Source: Vulgatibacter incomptus (GTDB lineage Bacteria; Myxococcota; Myxococcia; Myxococcales; Vulgatibacteraceae). From it: a stretch of 64,000 nt of DNA. This document shows positions 9,819 to 19,729 of this stretch, piece by piece. Position 1 is the first letter of the stretch. Each line of letters begins with the position of its first letter. The DNA lies in NCBI RefSeq assembly GCF_001263175.1, contig NZ_CP012332.1:3614220-3678219 (forward strand). The letters are read 5' to 3'. The position numbers and the translations under genes are program-made. The notes under the pieces were generated by a model that was not told the DNA's origin, did not search any database, and worked only from the letters and a program-made list of their open reading frames with translations.

Positions 9819-10408
9819 GACTTGCCTGCGAGCGGCGCGCAGATCGCACGCGCGGCCACGCCGAAGCGTTCGCAGAAATCCTGGCGCGATGCGGCGAGAT
9901 ACTTGAGGCCGCGCGCTGTCGCGTGGAGCACGTCGGCGAGCTGACGCGCCGAGAGGCCCGCGCCCTTGTAGCCTGCGACGAGTCCGCTCGAACGAATGGC
10001 CTTGGTGACGGCTTCTACGAAGCGTTCATCGTAGTCGGCGACGATTGTTCCGACGACCTCTTTGCTCGCCTCCACGAGATCCGAAGCGCCTGCGCCAAAG
10101 AGCCCGACGTACCTGCCGGTCCACGCGTCGAAAGCCCCGACAAGCCGAGCTTCGAACGGCTGATCGGATCTCGCGAGCGCCTCGGTCACCCCTTCGAGCG
10201 CGTCGCTCAGAATGGTCTGCAGAGCCTCGCGAAAGAGATCTTCCTTCGTCGCGAAGTGGAGGTAGAGCCCTTGCCTCGACACGCCGGCCGCCCGCGCGAC
10301 CTCGTCCATCGACGTCTTTCGGAAGCCGTAGCGTGCGAAGACGCCGAATGCTGCCTCGAGAAGCTTCCGCTTCCTCGCCTGATCCCCTGCGTTGGACTCG
10401 GTTGTCAT
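9815..10408 (-). CDS. TetR-family transcriptional regulator
   Basis: N-terminal HTH 'LLEAAFGVFARYGFRKTSMDEVARAAGVSRQGLYLHF'. There is a 4-nt overlap with the downstream MBL gene. Confidence 0.85.
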   Translation of the reverse strand: MTTESNAGDQARKRKLLEAAFGVFARYGFRKTSMDEVARAAGVSRQGLYLHFATKEDLFREALQTILSDALEGVTEALARSDQPFEARLVGAFDAWTGRYVGLFGAGASDLVEASKEVVGTIVADYDERFVEAVTKAIRSSGLVAGYKGAGLSARQLADVLHATARGLKYLAASRQDFCERFGVAARAICAPLAGKS

Positions 10409-10414
10409 AGTGGA

Positions 10415-10450
10415 CCAACTTGACAGTAAGTGACCACCTTGTCAAGTTGG
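10415..10450. promoter_or_regulatory. Candidate TetR operator: perfect 11-bp inverted repeat CCAACTTGACA-N14-TGTCAAGTTGG in the tetR / nmrA-like divergent intergenic region
   Basis: Seen directly in the sequence, between the two divergent start codons. Confidence 0.45.
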
Positions 10451-10476
10451 CCCCAGATAGGCGAAAGGACGACGAG

Positions 10477-11172
10477 ATGAAGGTCATTGTTTTCGGGGCC
10501 ACTGGCATGGTCGGCCAGGGCGTACTGCGTGAGTGCTTGCTCGATCCGGGTATCACCGAGGTCGTCGTGGTTGCTCGGAGCTCGACGGGTCAGACGGATC
10601 CGAAGCTCCGCGAGATCATCGTGCCCAACGTCGGCGACCTCTCGGCGATCGAGCGAAATCTCACCGATCTCGACGCTTGCTTCTTCTGCCTCGGCGTCTC
10701 CTCGGCCGGCATGAACGAAGAGGCCTACCTGCGCGTCACCTACGACATCGCCGTCTCGGTGGCCAAGACGCTCGCGAAGACGAGCCCGCAGATGACGTTC
10801 GTGTTCGTGTCCGGCGCCGGCACGGACAGCACGGAGAAGGGTCGCGTCATGTGGGCGCGCGTGAAGGGAGCGACGGAGAACGCCATCCTCGCCCTTCCCT
10901 TCGCCGCTTCCTACGCCGTGCGTCCCGCGTTCATCCAGCCGCTCCACGGCATCAAGTCGAAGACGAAGCTCTACCGAGCCATCTATGCCGTCCTCGCCCC
11001 GCTCACTCCGGTCTTCGACGCCCTCATCCCTGGCTCGGTGACGACCACGGAGCGCGTAGGCCGCGCGATGATCCGCCTTGCTCGCGAGGGCGCCCCGAAG
11101 CGCGTGCTCGAGCGCAAGGAGCTCGACGCGCTCGGACGAGTCGGCGCCCAGAAGGCCGCGAAGGTGACCTAA
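10477..11172 (+). CDS. NAD(P)H-binding NmrA/SDR-like (atypical SDR) protein
   Basis: 'MKVIVFGATGMVGQGVL' is a Rossmann GxxGxxG. It is divergent from tetR. Confidence 0.8.
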   Translation: MKVIVFGATGMVGQGVLRECLLDPGITEVVVVARSSTGQTDPKLREIIVPNVGDLSAIERNLTDLDACFFCLGVSSAGMNEEAYLRVTYDIAVSVAKTLAKTSPQMTFVFVSGAGTDSTEKGRVMWARVKGATENAILALPFAASYAVRPAFIQPLHGIKSKTKLYRAIYAVLAPLTPVFDALIPGSVTTTERVGRAMIRLAREGAPKRVLERKELDALGRVGAQKAAKVT

Positions 11173-11194
11173 GGGAGCACGCCCGCCCGACGGT

Positions 11195-11617
11195 TCAGCT
11201 CGAGACGTCGCGGAAGCCCTCGAGCATGGACTGGATCGTGTCCCGGGCTGTGCGAAAGCGCGTGAGCATCTCCTCCCGCGAGAACGACGGGTCCTTGCTC
11301 GCCGGGTCGGGGATCGGCCAGTGCAGCCTCCGAGCCTTGCCGAGGAACATCGGGCAGACTTCCTCGGCGCAGAGCGTGATGACCGTGCCCACGTCGGCGG
11401 CGTCGATCGTTTGAACCGACTTCGAGTGGTGCGTCGTCAGGTCCACGCCGACCTCGCGCATCACCTCGATGGCGTACGGGTTCACGCTGGACGGCTCGCT
11501 GCCGGCGCTCTGCACGCCGATGCGCGAACCGAACAGCTTGCGTGCGAGTCCCTCGGCCATCTGGCTGCGCGCGGAGTTGGCGACGCAAAGGAAGAGGATC
11601 GTCTTATCGGCGTTCAT
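11195..11617 (-). CDS. arsC: Arsenate reductase, LMW-PTPase family (thioredoxin-coupled ArsC)
   Basis: '[18 protein letters not shown]' is the CX5R P-loop. It is last in the arsR-acr3-arsC operon. Confidence 0.85.
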   Translation of the reverse strand: MNADKTILFLCVANSARSQMAEGLARKLFGSRIGVQSAGSEPSSVNPYAIEVMREVGVDLTTHHSKSVQTIDAADVGTVITLCAEEVCPMFLGKARRLHWPIPDPASKDPSFSREEMLTRFRTARDTIQSMLEGFRDVSS

Positions 11618-11620
11618 CGT

Positions 11621-12736
11621 TCAGGCCCTGCTCTCGGGAGCGCCCGGTACAGCACATGCGGGTGCCGCGACCTCGAGCGAGGTGCTGGGAAAGAAGCGAC
11701 GCTGCGCCCAGAGGGCGACGTTCACGAGGCCGATGAGGACGGGCACTTCGACGAGCGGCCCGATCACGGCGGCGAAGGCTGCCCCGCTGTGGATGCCGAA
11801 GCTCGCGATGGCGACGGCGATGGCGAGCTCGAAGTTGTTGGACGCTGCGGTGAACGAGAGCGTGGCGGTTTGCTTGTAGTCGGCGCCAACGCGCTTGCTC
11901 ATGAAGAACGACACCGCGAACATGACCACGAAGTAGATGAGCAGCGGGACCGCGATCCGCAGGACGTCGAGCGGCAACTGGACGATGGCCTCGCCCTTGA
12001 GCGAGAACATCACGACAATCGTGAAGAGCAGGGACACCAGCGTGACCGGCCCGATCCGCGGCACGAAGCGCGTCTCGTACCACTCGCGGCCCTTCGCGCC
12101 GACCAGCGCGCGCCGGGTGAGGAAGCCCCCGGCGAAGGGGATGCCGAGGTAGATGGCGACGCTCTTGGCAATGTCCACGATGGTGATGTCGATCACCGTG
12201 GCCTCGAGCCCGAGCCAGGTCGGCACGAGCGTAGCGAAGACGTACGCGTACACCGAGAAGAAGAGCACCTGGAAGATGGAGTTGAACGCGACGAGTCCGG
12301 CGCAGTACTCGGTGTCGCCCTTGGCGAGGTCGTTCCACACGATCACCATCGCGATGCAGCGCGCGAGGCCGATGAGGATGAGGCCGAGCATGTACTCGGG
12401 CTTGTCGCGCAGGAACACGACCGCGAGCCCGAACATCAAGAGCGGGCCGATGAGCCAGTTCTGCACCAGGGACAGCGTGAGCACCCGCTTGTTGCGGAAG
12501 ACCTTCCCCAGCTCCTCGTAGCGAACCTTCGCGAGCGGCGGGTACATCATCAGGACGAGCCCGATCGCGATAGGAATCGAGGTCGTCCCTACGCTCATCC
12601 CGTTCAGGGCGGTCGTAAAGCCCGGAGCTACGAAGCCGAGCGCGATCCCGAGCGCCATCGCCGCGAAGATCCAAAACGTCAGGTAGCGATCGAGGAACGA
12701 GAGCTTGCCGAGTAGTCCGGCATTCGTGTTGGTCAT
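11621..12736 (-). CDS. acr3: Arsenite efflux transporter, ACR3 family
   Basis: Ten-TM bile/arsenite/riboflavin fold, '[28 protein letters not shown]...'. It lies between arsR and arsC. Confidence 0.9.
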   Translation of the reverse strand: MTNTNAGLLGKLSFLDRYLTFWIFAAMALGIALGFVAPGFTTALNGMSVGTTSIPIAIGLVLMMYPPLAKVRYEELGKVFRNKRVLTLSLVQNWLIGPLLMFGLAVVFLRDKPEYMLGLILIGLARCIAMVIVWNDLAKGDTEYCAGLVAFNSIFQVLFFSVYAYVFATLVPTWLGLEATVIDITIVDIAKSVAIYLGIPFAGGFLTRRALVGAKGREWYETRFVPRIGPVTLVSLLFTIVVMFSLKGEAIVQLPLDVLRIAVPLLIYFVVMFAVSFFMSKRVGADYKQTATLSFTAASNNFELAIAVAIASFGIHSGAAFAAVIGPLVEVPVLIGLVNVALWAQRRFFPSTSLEVAAPACAVPGAPESRA

Positions 12737-12798
12737 TGGGTGTCAGTCTATTTCGCCTATCGGCGATGAACGATTAAACAGGCGAACGAAACCCGGCA

Positions 12799-13146
12799 TC
12801 ACAGGCCCCCGACGAGGGCCCGCAAGCGCCGGAGCGCGCTGGGCTCGATGCAGTAGCAGACACGTGGCCCATCCACCTCGCCGCGGATGAGGCCGGCCCC
12901 CTTCAGCACCTTGAGGTGCTGCGAGACCGTGGACTGCGCCAGGGGCAGCTCCTCCACGATGTCGCCGCAGATGCAGGCGTCCTTGCGGATCAGGATTCGG
13001 AGGATCTTCACGCGCGCCGGGTGGCCGAGCGCTTTGGCGAGGCCGGCGAGCTCTTCGTCGGCCTCGTCCCCTTCGACGGGCCTGAGGTCCGACTGGTCAT
13101 TGGCTGGCGGGCAGCAAGGCTCGGTAGCCTGGTCGGCGCTTCTCAT
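12799..13146 (-). CDS. arsR: ArsR/SmtB-family metalloregulator
   Basis: '[52 protein letters not shown]' is the HTH, with an 'ACICGD'-like metal site. Confidence 0.8.
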   Translation of the reverse strand: MRSADQATEPCCPPANDQSDLRPVEGDEADEELAGLAKALGHPARVKILRILIRKDACICGDIVEELPLAQSTVSQHLKVLKGAGLIRGEVDGPRVCYCIEPSALRRLRALVGGL

Positions 13147-13236
13147 CGTAGTTCTACGATAAACGGATAGCCTAGGTCCGTCAACCCTGCGCCAGGGTCG
13201 ACCGGCGGAGAATCGAAGACCAACCTTCGAGCGAGG

Positions 13237-14097
13237 ATGACCCAGCGCCGATCAGCCCACGATGGAATCGCGCCGACGAGCGATCGCGCTACGGTCGCCT
13301 TTCTCCAGTGGGCGCTCCCGCGGATCGGGCTCCGGTGGGGAGGTTACCGCAAGGTGCGGGGCACCGTTCGGAAGCGGCTCGTGCGCCGCCTTCGGGCGCT
13401 CGGCCTACCAAATCTAAGCGCGTACCGCGCGCACCTGGACGCCCACCCCGACGAGTGGGGCATCTTCGAGACGATGTGCCGGATCCCGATCTCGCGCTTC
13501 TATCGCGATCGGGCCGTGTTCGAGCGGCTTCTGCACGAGGTCCTGCCTGCGCTGGCGAGCGCCGCGGCCCGCGAAAAGAGATCCTCCGTGCGCATCTGGA
13601 GCGCCGGTTGCGCATCCGGCGAAGAGCCGTACACGATCGCGATTCTCTGGCACCTCGCGATGGAGCCGGCGCGTCCGGCGCTCGACCTCCTCGCTACCGA
13701 TGTGAGCGAGGAGATGATCGCGCGGGCCGAGCGCGGCATCTACCGCGAGAGCAGTCTCCGAGAGCTGCCCATGCGGCTCCGCGAACGCGCATTCGTTCGC
13801 GAGCCCAGCGGTCAGATGCGTGTCCGCGAAGAGCTGCGCCGAGGGATTGTGTTTCGGCGAGAAGACCTCCGAGCTTCGATGCCCGAGGGGCCGTTCGATC
13901 TCATCCTCTGCCGAAACCTCGCCTTCACATACTTCGACGAGCCAACGCAGCTCCGGATCGCCAAAGATCTCGTCGCGCGCCTCCGGAGCGGCGCCGCCCT
14001 CGTAGTGGGTAGTCACGAAGCGCTGCCCGCCGACCTGCCGGAAGTCGTGAGGCGCGCTCCGAGCATCTACGAGCGCCGACCCCTCGGCGCTCCCTAG
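13237..14097 (+). CDS. CheR-type SAM-dependent methyltransferase (stand-alone)
   Basis: '[19 protein letters not shown]' is the CheR SAM-binding motif. It is divergent from arsR. No che genes are nearby. Confidence 0.75.
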   Translation: MTQRRSAHDGIAPTSDRATVAFLQWALPRIGLRWGGYRKVRGTVRKRLVRRLRALGLPNLSAYRAHLDAHPDEWGIFETMCRIPISRFYRDRAVFERLLHEVLPALASAAAREKRSSVRIWSAGCASGEEPYTIAILWHLAMEPARPALDLLATDVSEEMIARAERGIYRESSLRELPMRLRERAFVREPSGQMRVREELRRGIVFRREDLRASMPEGPFDLILCRNLAFTYFDEPTQLRIAKDLVARLRSGAALVVGSHEALPADLPEVVRRAPSIYERRPLGAP

Positions 14098-14188
14098 GGT
14101 CGAGGCCCCTTCCCAAAAAAGGGCTCGCTCGCCGCTTGGCTGGCGCGGAAGCACGATCATCGTGTGCTCAAGGACGCCCCTGCGACTC

Positions 14189-14848
14189 TCAGTCGGGTGC
14201 GGGATCCACTCGGTCCGCGGCGGCCCCCGGGGGCTCGCCGAGGAACTCGACCCACTCGCGCTTGATGCAGGGATAGTGCTTCGCCGCCTCGGCGAGCGAG
14301 AGGAACGCCTTCAGGCTCTTCTCGAAGCGGGCGTGCAGCGCCGGGTCGGCGAGCTCGTCTCCTTCGAACGCCTTGTGTGCCATCGAGAGGGAGAACATGT
14401 CGGGGTAGATCCGCGCTCCCTGGTGCTCGAGCGGAACGCGCAGCGCCCATAGGCCTCGATTCCCGCCGACGAGCGAGGGGGACGCCGAGAGGAGCATTCC
14501 GTGGCGCCCGTCGAAGGGCTGGGGACGGAATCGCGAGGTCCAGTCGATCAGATTCTTGATCGTGCCCGGCATCGAGGCGTTGTACTCCGGTGACGAGATG
14601 ACGAACGCGTCGCTCTCGAGGAGCCTGCGCTGCAGCTCGCGTGCGCCGGGGGGGATGCCGTCGCGGGCCTCCCCATCGCCGTCGTAGAGCGGGACGTCGA
14701 AGTCGTGCATCGACGCAAGGTCCACCGAGGCGCCCGCACGCTCCGCGACGCGGGCCGCGAGCGCGGCGAGCTTTCCGTTGAGCGACTCGCGCCGAAGAGA
14801 CGCCGAGAACACGAGCACCTTGAGGCCGGGCGAAGGTCGATTTTCCAT
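14189..14848 (-). CDS. NAD(P)H-dependent FMN reductase (flavodoxin-like; ArsH-like cannot be excluded)
   Basis: 'LKVLVFSASLRRESLNGKLAA...SPEYNASMPGTIKNLIDW' is an FMN_red fold. Confidence 0.75.
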   Translation of the reverse strand: MENRPSPGLKVLVFSASLRRESLNGKLAALAARVAERAGASVDLASMHDFDVPLYDGDGEARDGIPPGARELQRRLLESDAFVISSPEYNASMPGTIKNLIDWTSRFRPQPFDGRHGMLLSASPSLVGGNRGLWALRVPLEHQGARIYPDMFSLSMAHKAFEGDELADPALHARFEKSLKAFLSLAEAAKHYPCIKREWVEFLGEPPGAAADRVDPAPD

Positions 14849-14863
14849 GGCTGCTCCCTTGGC

Positions 14864-15559
14864 TTACGCGAGGTCGAAGAGTAGCGCCTCTGCGGGCTCC
14901 CGTGCGGCGATCACGAGACGTTCCTCTTCCGACACGGCGGCGCCATCGCCAGCCCGCAGCTCCACGCCGTTCAGCTCCACGATCCCGCGCGCGACCTGGA
15001 GCCAGGCATGCCTGCCGGGAGCGATCTCGTGGGCCACGCTCTCGCCCTCGGAGAGGAGCGTGCCGAAGATCTTCACGTCCTGGTGGATCCGGAGCGAGCC
15101 CTGCTCGCCCGTCGGCGAGACCAACACGCGGAGCACGCCTCGCCGCTCCTCCTCGGAGAACGCCTTCTGCTCGTAGCCTGGAGGGAGGCCGCCCTTCTCC
15201 GGGAGGATCCAGATCTGGAGGAAATGGACCTCCTCGTCAGAGGGATTCGTTTCGCTGTGCATCACGCCGGTGCCGGCAGTCATCCGCTGCACCTCACCCG
15301 GTCGCAGCACGCCCGCGGAGCCCGTGCTGTCGCGGTGCTCCAGCGCCCCGGACAGGACATAGGAGATGATCTCCATGTCGCGGTGGCCGTGGCGTCCGAA
15401 GCCGTTGCGGGCCTCGACCCGATCCTCGTTGATCACGCGAAGCGCCCGGAAGCCCATGTGCTTCGGGTCATGGTAGTCCGCGAACGAGAAGGTGTGGCTG
15501 CTCCGCAGCCAACCGTGATCGGCGTGTCCGCGGTCCGTGGCTCTCCGAATCGTCAGCAT
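14864..15559 (-). CDS. Pirin-family protein
   Basis: 'FSFADYHDPKHMGFRALRVINEDRV...HGHRDMEIISYVLSGALEHRDS' is a canonical pirin N-terminal cupin. Confidence 0.85.
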   Translation of the reverse strand: MLTIRRATDRGHADHGWLRSSHTFSFADYHDPKHMGFRALRVINEDRVEARNGFGRHGHRDMEIISYVLSGALEHRDSTGSAGVLRPGEVQRMTAGTGVMHSETNPSDEEVHFLQIWILPEKGGLPPGYEQKAFSEEERRGVLRVLVSPTGEQGSLRIHQDVKIFGTLLSEGESVAHEIAPGRHAWLQVARGIVELNGVELRAGDGAAVSEEERLVIAAREPAEALLFDLA

Positions 15560-15714
15560 GTTCTCTCCTTGGATCTGCGACGCAGCTCGCGCCGCAGCGC
15601 TTTCGTCGTCTCAGGCACCAACCTGGTCGAAACTAGCTTCGTTCTCTCATCTGCACTAGTCTTCGACTTGGCAACCGACTGTTGCCATGGCAGCAACAAA
15701 ACCAGAGGCACGCC

Positions 15715-16629
15715 ATGGACCTCAACGACGTCCTCACCTTCGCCCAGGTCGTACAGTCCGGCAGCTTCACCGCCGCCGCCCGCAAGCTGGGCATCCAGAA
15801 ATCGGGCGCGAGCCGGCGGGTGGCGGCCCTGGAAGAGAGCCTCGGAACGAGGCTCCTGCAGCGTACCACCCGCGCGCTACGGCTCACGGACGAGGGCCGC
15901 GTCTTCTACGACCACTGCTTGCGGGCGCTCGCCGAGCTGGAGGATGGGAAGCTGGCGCTCGGCGGGATGGTGGCCAACCCGCGCGGCGTGCTCCGGGTTA
16001 CCGCCCCGCTCTCCTTCGGGTTCGTCGGCCCGATCGTCGCGGAGTTCCTCCAGCGCTGGCCCGAGATGGAGGTCGAGCTGGTCTGTACCGACCGCGTGGT
16101 CGATCTCGTCGAGGAGGGATTCGACGTCGCGATCCGCGCGGGAACGCTTCCCGATTCGTCCCTCATCGCCAGGCGAATCGGCTCACTGCCCCGCTTCCTG
16201 GTCGCGAGCCCGTCCTACCTGCGGCGGAGGCGGCCGCCGCGCCAGCCGGCCGATCTCGCCACGCACGACTGTGTGTCGTTCGGAACGCGGCGGTCCCCCT
16301 GGCTCCTGCAATCGGAAGGAGAATCGATCGAGGTCTCCGTCTCCTCACGTCTTTTGGTCAACGACTTCGATCTCCTGCGCCAAGCGGTCGTCGCTGGCCT
16401 CGGCATCGGCCTCCTCCCGGAACCCGACTGCGTGCTCCCCCTCACCGAAGGCCGGCTGAAACAGCTCCTCCCGGCGTGGACCAGCGTCGACACGCCGATT
16501 CACGCGGTCTATCCGAGCTTGCGACACCTATCGTCCAAGACGAAGGTCTTCGTCGATCACCTCCAAGCTCGGATGGGCCAGCCGCTCGAGCGATCCATCA
16601 ACCGGACGCAGGATCCCGCGTCCGGTTGA
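15715..16629 (+). CDS. LysR-family transcriptional regulator
   Basis: 'LNDVLTFAQVVQSGSFTAAARKLGIQKSGASRRVAALEESLGTRLL'. It is divergent from pirin. This is the second LysR-pirin pair in the window. Confidence 0.85.
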   Translation: MDLNDVLTFAQVVQSGSFTAAARKLGIQKSGASRRVAALEESLGTRLLQRTTRALRLTDEGRVFYDHCLRALAELEDGKLALGGMVANPRGVLRVTAPLSFGFVGPIVAEFLQRWPEMEVELVCTDRVVDLVEEGFDVAIRAGTLPDSSLIARRIGSLPRFLVASPSYLRRRRPPRQPADLATHDCVSFGTRRSPWLLQSEGESIEVSVSSRLLVNDFDLLRQAVVAGLGIGLLPEPDCVLPLTEGRLKQLLPAWTSVDTPIHAVYPSLRHLSSKTKVFVDHLQARMGQPLERSINRTQDPASG

Positions 16630-16688
16630 GGCGGAAAGAAGCGGCGCCCGCCCGTAACCTTCACGTTGGCGTGAGCGCGAAGAAGCGC

Positions 16689-18182
16689 TCAGAAGACCGT
16701 GCCGTGTTCCACGCGCAGCGACCGCGTCGTGACGTGAGCAGCGAAGGTGTCGTCGTGGGTGACCAGCACGACGGCGCCTGGATACCCCTCGAGCGCCGCC
16801 TCCAAGCGCTCGACGCTCGGCAGGTCCATGTGGTTCGTTGGCTCGTCCATCACCAACGCCCAGACCTGCCCAGCGAGTGCCTCAGCGAGCACCAGTTTCC
16901 TCGCTTCTCCCGGCGAGAGGTGAGCGGCCTGGGCTCGGAGCACGCGCTCGGGCTCACTGCCCAGCGCGGCGAAGATCGACAGGACGCGACCGCGCTCTTC
17001 GGGTTTGAGCCCGTGAAGGCGCGCCAGGGCTTCGGCCTTCGCTGCGTCCGAGAGCTCTTGGGGCAGGTACAGCATGCGCTCGCGTCGGGCGTAGGACGCG
17101 ACCAGCGCTTCGAGCAGGGTGGTCTTCCCCGCTCCGTTGGGCCCCTCGATGCGCACGCGGTCCTCGCGACCGATCGTGATGCGAACATCGTAGAGCACGG
17201 GATGTTCGCCACGCAGCACGACGTCCTCGCCCACGTGGAAGAGGATTGGGCTCGGGGCACGTTCGAAGGTCGCGAAGATCTTCCCTCCGAGCGTCGGATC
17301 TCGCTCCACGGTGGGGACGTCCCGCTGGGCGCGATCCAGCTCCGTGCGAGCGGCCGACGCGACACGCCCCGCTTTCGACGCAGCCCACTGTGCCTTCGTG
17401 GTCGCGAGGATTCCGCGAGCGTCGCTGTCGTGCCGATTCTTCATGCGCGCTCGCGTACTCGCGCCCTTCGACGCGGCGGCCTGCGTCCGACGTGCCGCGT
17501 CGAGTTGGGCCTCCGCAGCGCGCACCCGATCCTGCGCAGCCGCGTGCGCCGCGTATTGCTCGGCTTGCGCCTGCTCCCAGAGCGCCTTGGCGTCGGAGAA
17601 GCGCCCTGGCCACAGCGTCACGGTGTTGCGGTGGATGCGGAGCGTTGCGGTGGTGAGCGCGTCGAGGACGGCGCGGTCGTGGGAGACGACTACGCCCAGC
17701 CCCGTGAATCGCCGCAGGGCTCCAAGCAATCGCTTTCGCGCGTCGACGTCGAGATGGTTGGTCGGCTCGTCGAGGAGCAGAACGTCGGGTTCGCGGGCGA
17801 GCGCGGCGCCGATCTGCCATCGCTTCCGCTCGCCGGGCGAGAGCGTCGCCCAGCGATCGAGCTCGCCGGGGTCGAGCGAAAGGCGTCCCCGCAGCTCGGC
17901 CGCGACGCCGTCATCCCGTGCAGCGAGGGCGTCGATGTCTTCATCTCGGCCCTCCACTTCTTGCCGGCAGTACGCGACGACGGCGTTCTTCGGTGTGAGG
18001 ACGACGGTGCCTTCGTGTGGGGCCCGCTGGCCAGCGAGGATAGAGAGCAGCGTGGTCTTGCCAGCGCCGTTGGCGCCGACGAGCCCATAGAAGCCGCCGT
18101 CGAGCGTGAGGGAAACTGATTCGAAGATGGGAGCAGACGCCGCCCAAGCGACGCTGACTCCGTGCAATCGAAGCACGGACAT
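16689..18182 (-). CDS. ABC-F family ATPase (two ABC ATPase domains, no TMD)
   Basis: There are two Walker A sites, 'GANGAGKTT' and 'GPNGAGKTT'. The signature/linker region is charged ('AQAEQYAAHAAAQDRVRAAEAQLDAARR'). Confidence 0.85.
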   Translation of the reverse strand: MSVLRLHGVSVAWAASAPIFESVSLTLDGGFYGLVGANGAGKTTLLSILAGQRAPHEGTVVLTPKNAVVAYCRQEVEGRDEDIDALAARDDGVAAELRGRLSLDPGELDRWATLSPGERKRWQIGAALAREPDVLLLDEPTNHLDVDARKRLLGALRRFTGLGVVVSHDRAVLDALTTATLRIHRNTVTLWPGRFSDAKALWEQAQAEQYAAHAAAQDRVRAAEAQLDAARRTQAAASKGASTRARMKNRHDSDARGILATTKAQWAASKAGRVASAARTELDRAQRDVPTVERDPTLGGKIFATFERAPSPILFHVGEDVVLRGEHPVLYDVRITIGREDRVRIEGPNGAGKTTLLEALVASYARRERMLYLPQELSDAAKAEALARLHGLKPEERGRVLSIFAALGSEPERVLRAQAAHLSPGEARKLVLAEALAGQVWALVMDEPTNHMDLPSVERLEAALEGYPGAVVLVTHDDTFAAHVTTRSLRVEHGTVF

Positions 18183-18363
18183 GAATCACTCCAAAACCCA
18201 GGCGCACAGCTACCGTGCGCGGTTCGTTCGAGAGGACGACGTTCGTCCTCGAAGCGGATGGGGATCGGGTGACTCAGGCCATAATAGCGCTGGCCGGACC
18301 AGCGCGCGCCGTATGTAACACGCGCTCTACTGGATTGCAGCCCGTTCTCGGGGCCAGGCGGCC

Positions 18364-18921
18364 TCATCGTCGAGGTGCTCCGCGAGGCCGCGGTCCCTTC
18401 GGTCCCGTACGGGGAGCGGCGCTGCCCATCTTGCGAAACCCGGGGTGGACGCCGGGCGTGAGCCCTTGTTCGTCCGCGATGCGCGAGAGAAGATCGGCGA
18501 GTGTCCGGCGCTCGTCGTCGCTCAGAGCGGCGCAGAGCGCAACCTGGTGGGCTCGCGCGACCCGTCCGATTGCCTCGAGCGACTCCTGCCCCTTGTCGGT
18601 GACGAAGAGCCGATAGGTGCGCCGATCGTCCGGGTCGTCGCGGCGCTCGAGCAGACCGCGCTCATCGAGCTCGTCGAGGAGGATCACGAGGCGGCTCGGG
18701 AGGATGCCGAGCATCGTGCCAAGCGCCCTCTGGCTGATGCCCGGCGCTCCTGAGAGGGCGCGGAGAATCCCAGCGTGCGGCGGCGAAAGGCCCAATGCGG
18801 CCAGGCGCTCTGCGAACATCGACGCAGCGTGAGCGCCGACCTGTGCAACGAGGAAAGCGGCGCCACTACCCCCGCGTGGGGGGCCGGCGCTCGGACCAGA
18901 GCTCTTCACCCCAAAGATCAT
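18364..18921 (-). CDS. MarR-family transcriptional regulator
   Basis: 'GILRALSGAPGISQRALGTMLGILPSRLVILLDELDERGLLERRDDPDDRRTYRLFVTDKG' is a winged HTH. Confidence 0.75.
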   Translation of the reverse strand: MIFGVKSSGPSAGPPRGGSGAAFLVAQVGAHAASMFAERLAALGLSPPHAGILRALSGAPGISQRALGTMLGILPSRLVILLDELDERGLLERRDDPDDRRTYRLFVTDKGQESLEAIGRVARAHQVALCAALSDDERRTLADLLSRIADEQGLTPGVHPGFRKMGSAAPRTGPKGPRPRGAPRR

Positions 18922-18987
18922 AGCGCGACCAAACGATGTGATCTACGATTCGTTCATCGCATGAACGATTCTATAGGAGCACTACTG

Positions 18988-19727
18988 ATGACCGAGCCGC
19001 ATCCGAAATCCCTGCCGGACGCGCGTCACCGCGGACCACCGCTCGCTGCGGTTGCAGGCATTCATGTCGTTCTCTTCGTCGCAAGCCTCGTCGTGGCCAC
19101 GGCGCTGGCGGGCGGCGCTCATTTCCCATCGCCGTTTCAACCGCCGTTGCTCTCGAAGGCCTATTTCGCCGAGCAGGCGCAGGCGGTCGGCGTTGGCGCC
19201 TTCCTGCAGTTCGGCGCCGCCGTGCCGCTCGGGATCTTCACCGGGAGCATCGTCAGCAGGCTTCGCTTTCTGGGCGTGGAGGTGGCGGGCGTGTTCATCG
19301 CGCTCTTCGGAGGATTTGCCGCCGCCCTTCTGCTCGCGTCGTCGGCGCTCGTTCAGTGGGTGCTTTCGCAGCCCGCGGCTTCCGTGAACGACGACGTCGT
19401 GCGAGCACTCCACTTGCTCGCGTTCGCGCTCGGGGGCCGGGCTACGTGGTGCCGATGGGGCTTCTCCTCGCCGGCATCGCGATCACCGGCGGGCTTCACC
19501 GGCTAATCCCGAAGTGGCTCATGTGGTCTGGCATCGCGCTCGCGGCGATCGCCGAGCTCTCGACGCTCAGCCTGGTGCTCCCCGTCTTCGCGTACCTGCT
19601 CCCGCTCGCGCGCTTTCCGAGCTTCGCCTGGTTGATCGTCGCCGCGTTGCTCCTTCCGAGTACGCGAAAGCGCTCAATCTCACGGCCTGCGGCGGCAAGC
19701 GCGGCACTCGAAATCTACGGAGGTTGA
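18988..19727 (+). pseudogene. Multi-TM membrane protein with a frame shift at a G-run (about nt 19436-19446)
   Basis: The hydrophobic protein continues from frame 1 (ending '...LAFALGG') into frame 0 ('GPGYVVPMGLLLAGIAITGG...'). The switch is at 'cgggggccggg'. It is either a genuine frameshift or a sequencing indel. Confidence 0.45.
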
Positions 19728-19729
19728 CG

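Noticed and set aside
14189-14848. Calling the FMN reductase arsH
   Set aside because: It has only a generic FMN_red fold. I cannot verify ArsH-specific signatures by eye, and it is separated from the ars operon by the CheR-like gene.
15687-18119. 810-aa + strand ORF spanning the LysR and ABC-F region
   Set aside because: It is out of frame with the LysR gene and is antisense to the ABC-F gene. Its composition is Arg/Pro/Gly-rich, which is typical of GC-rich shadow frames.
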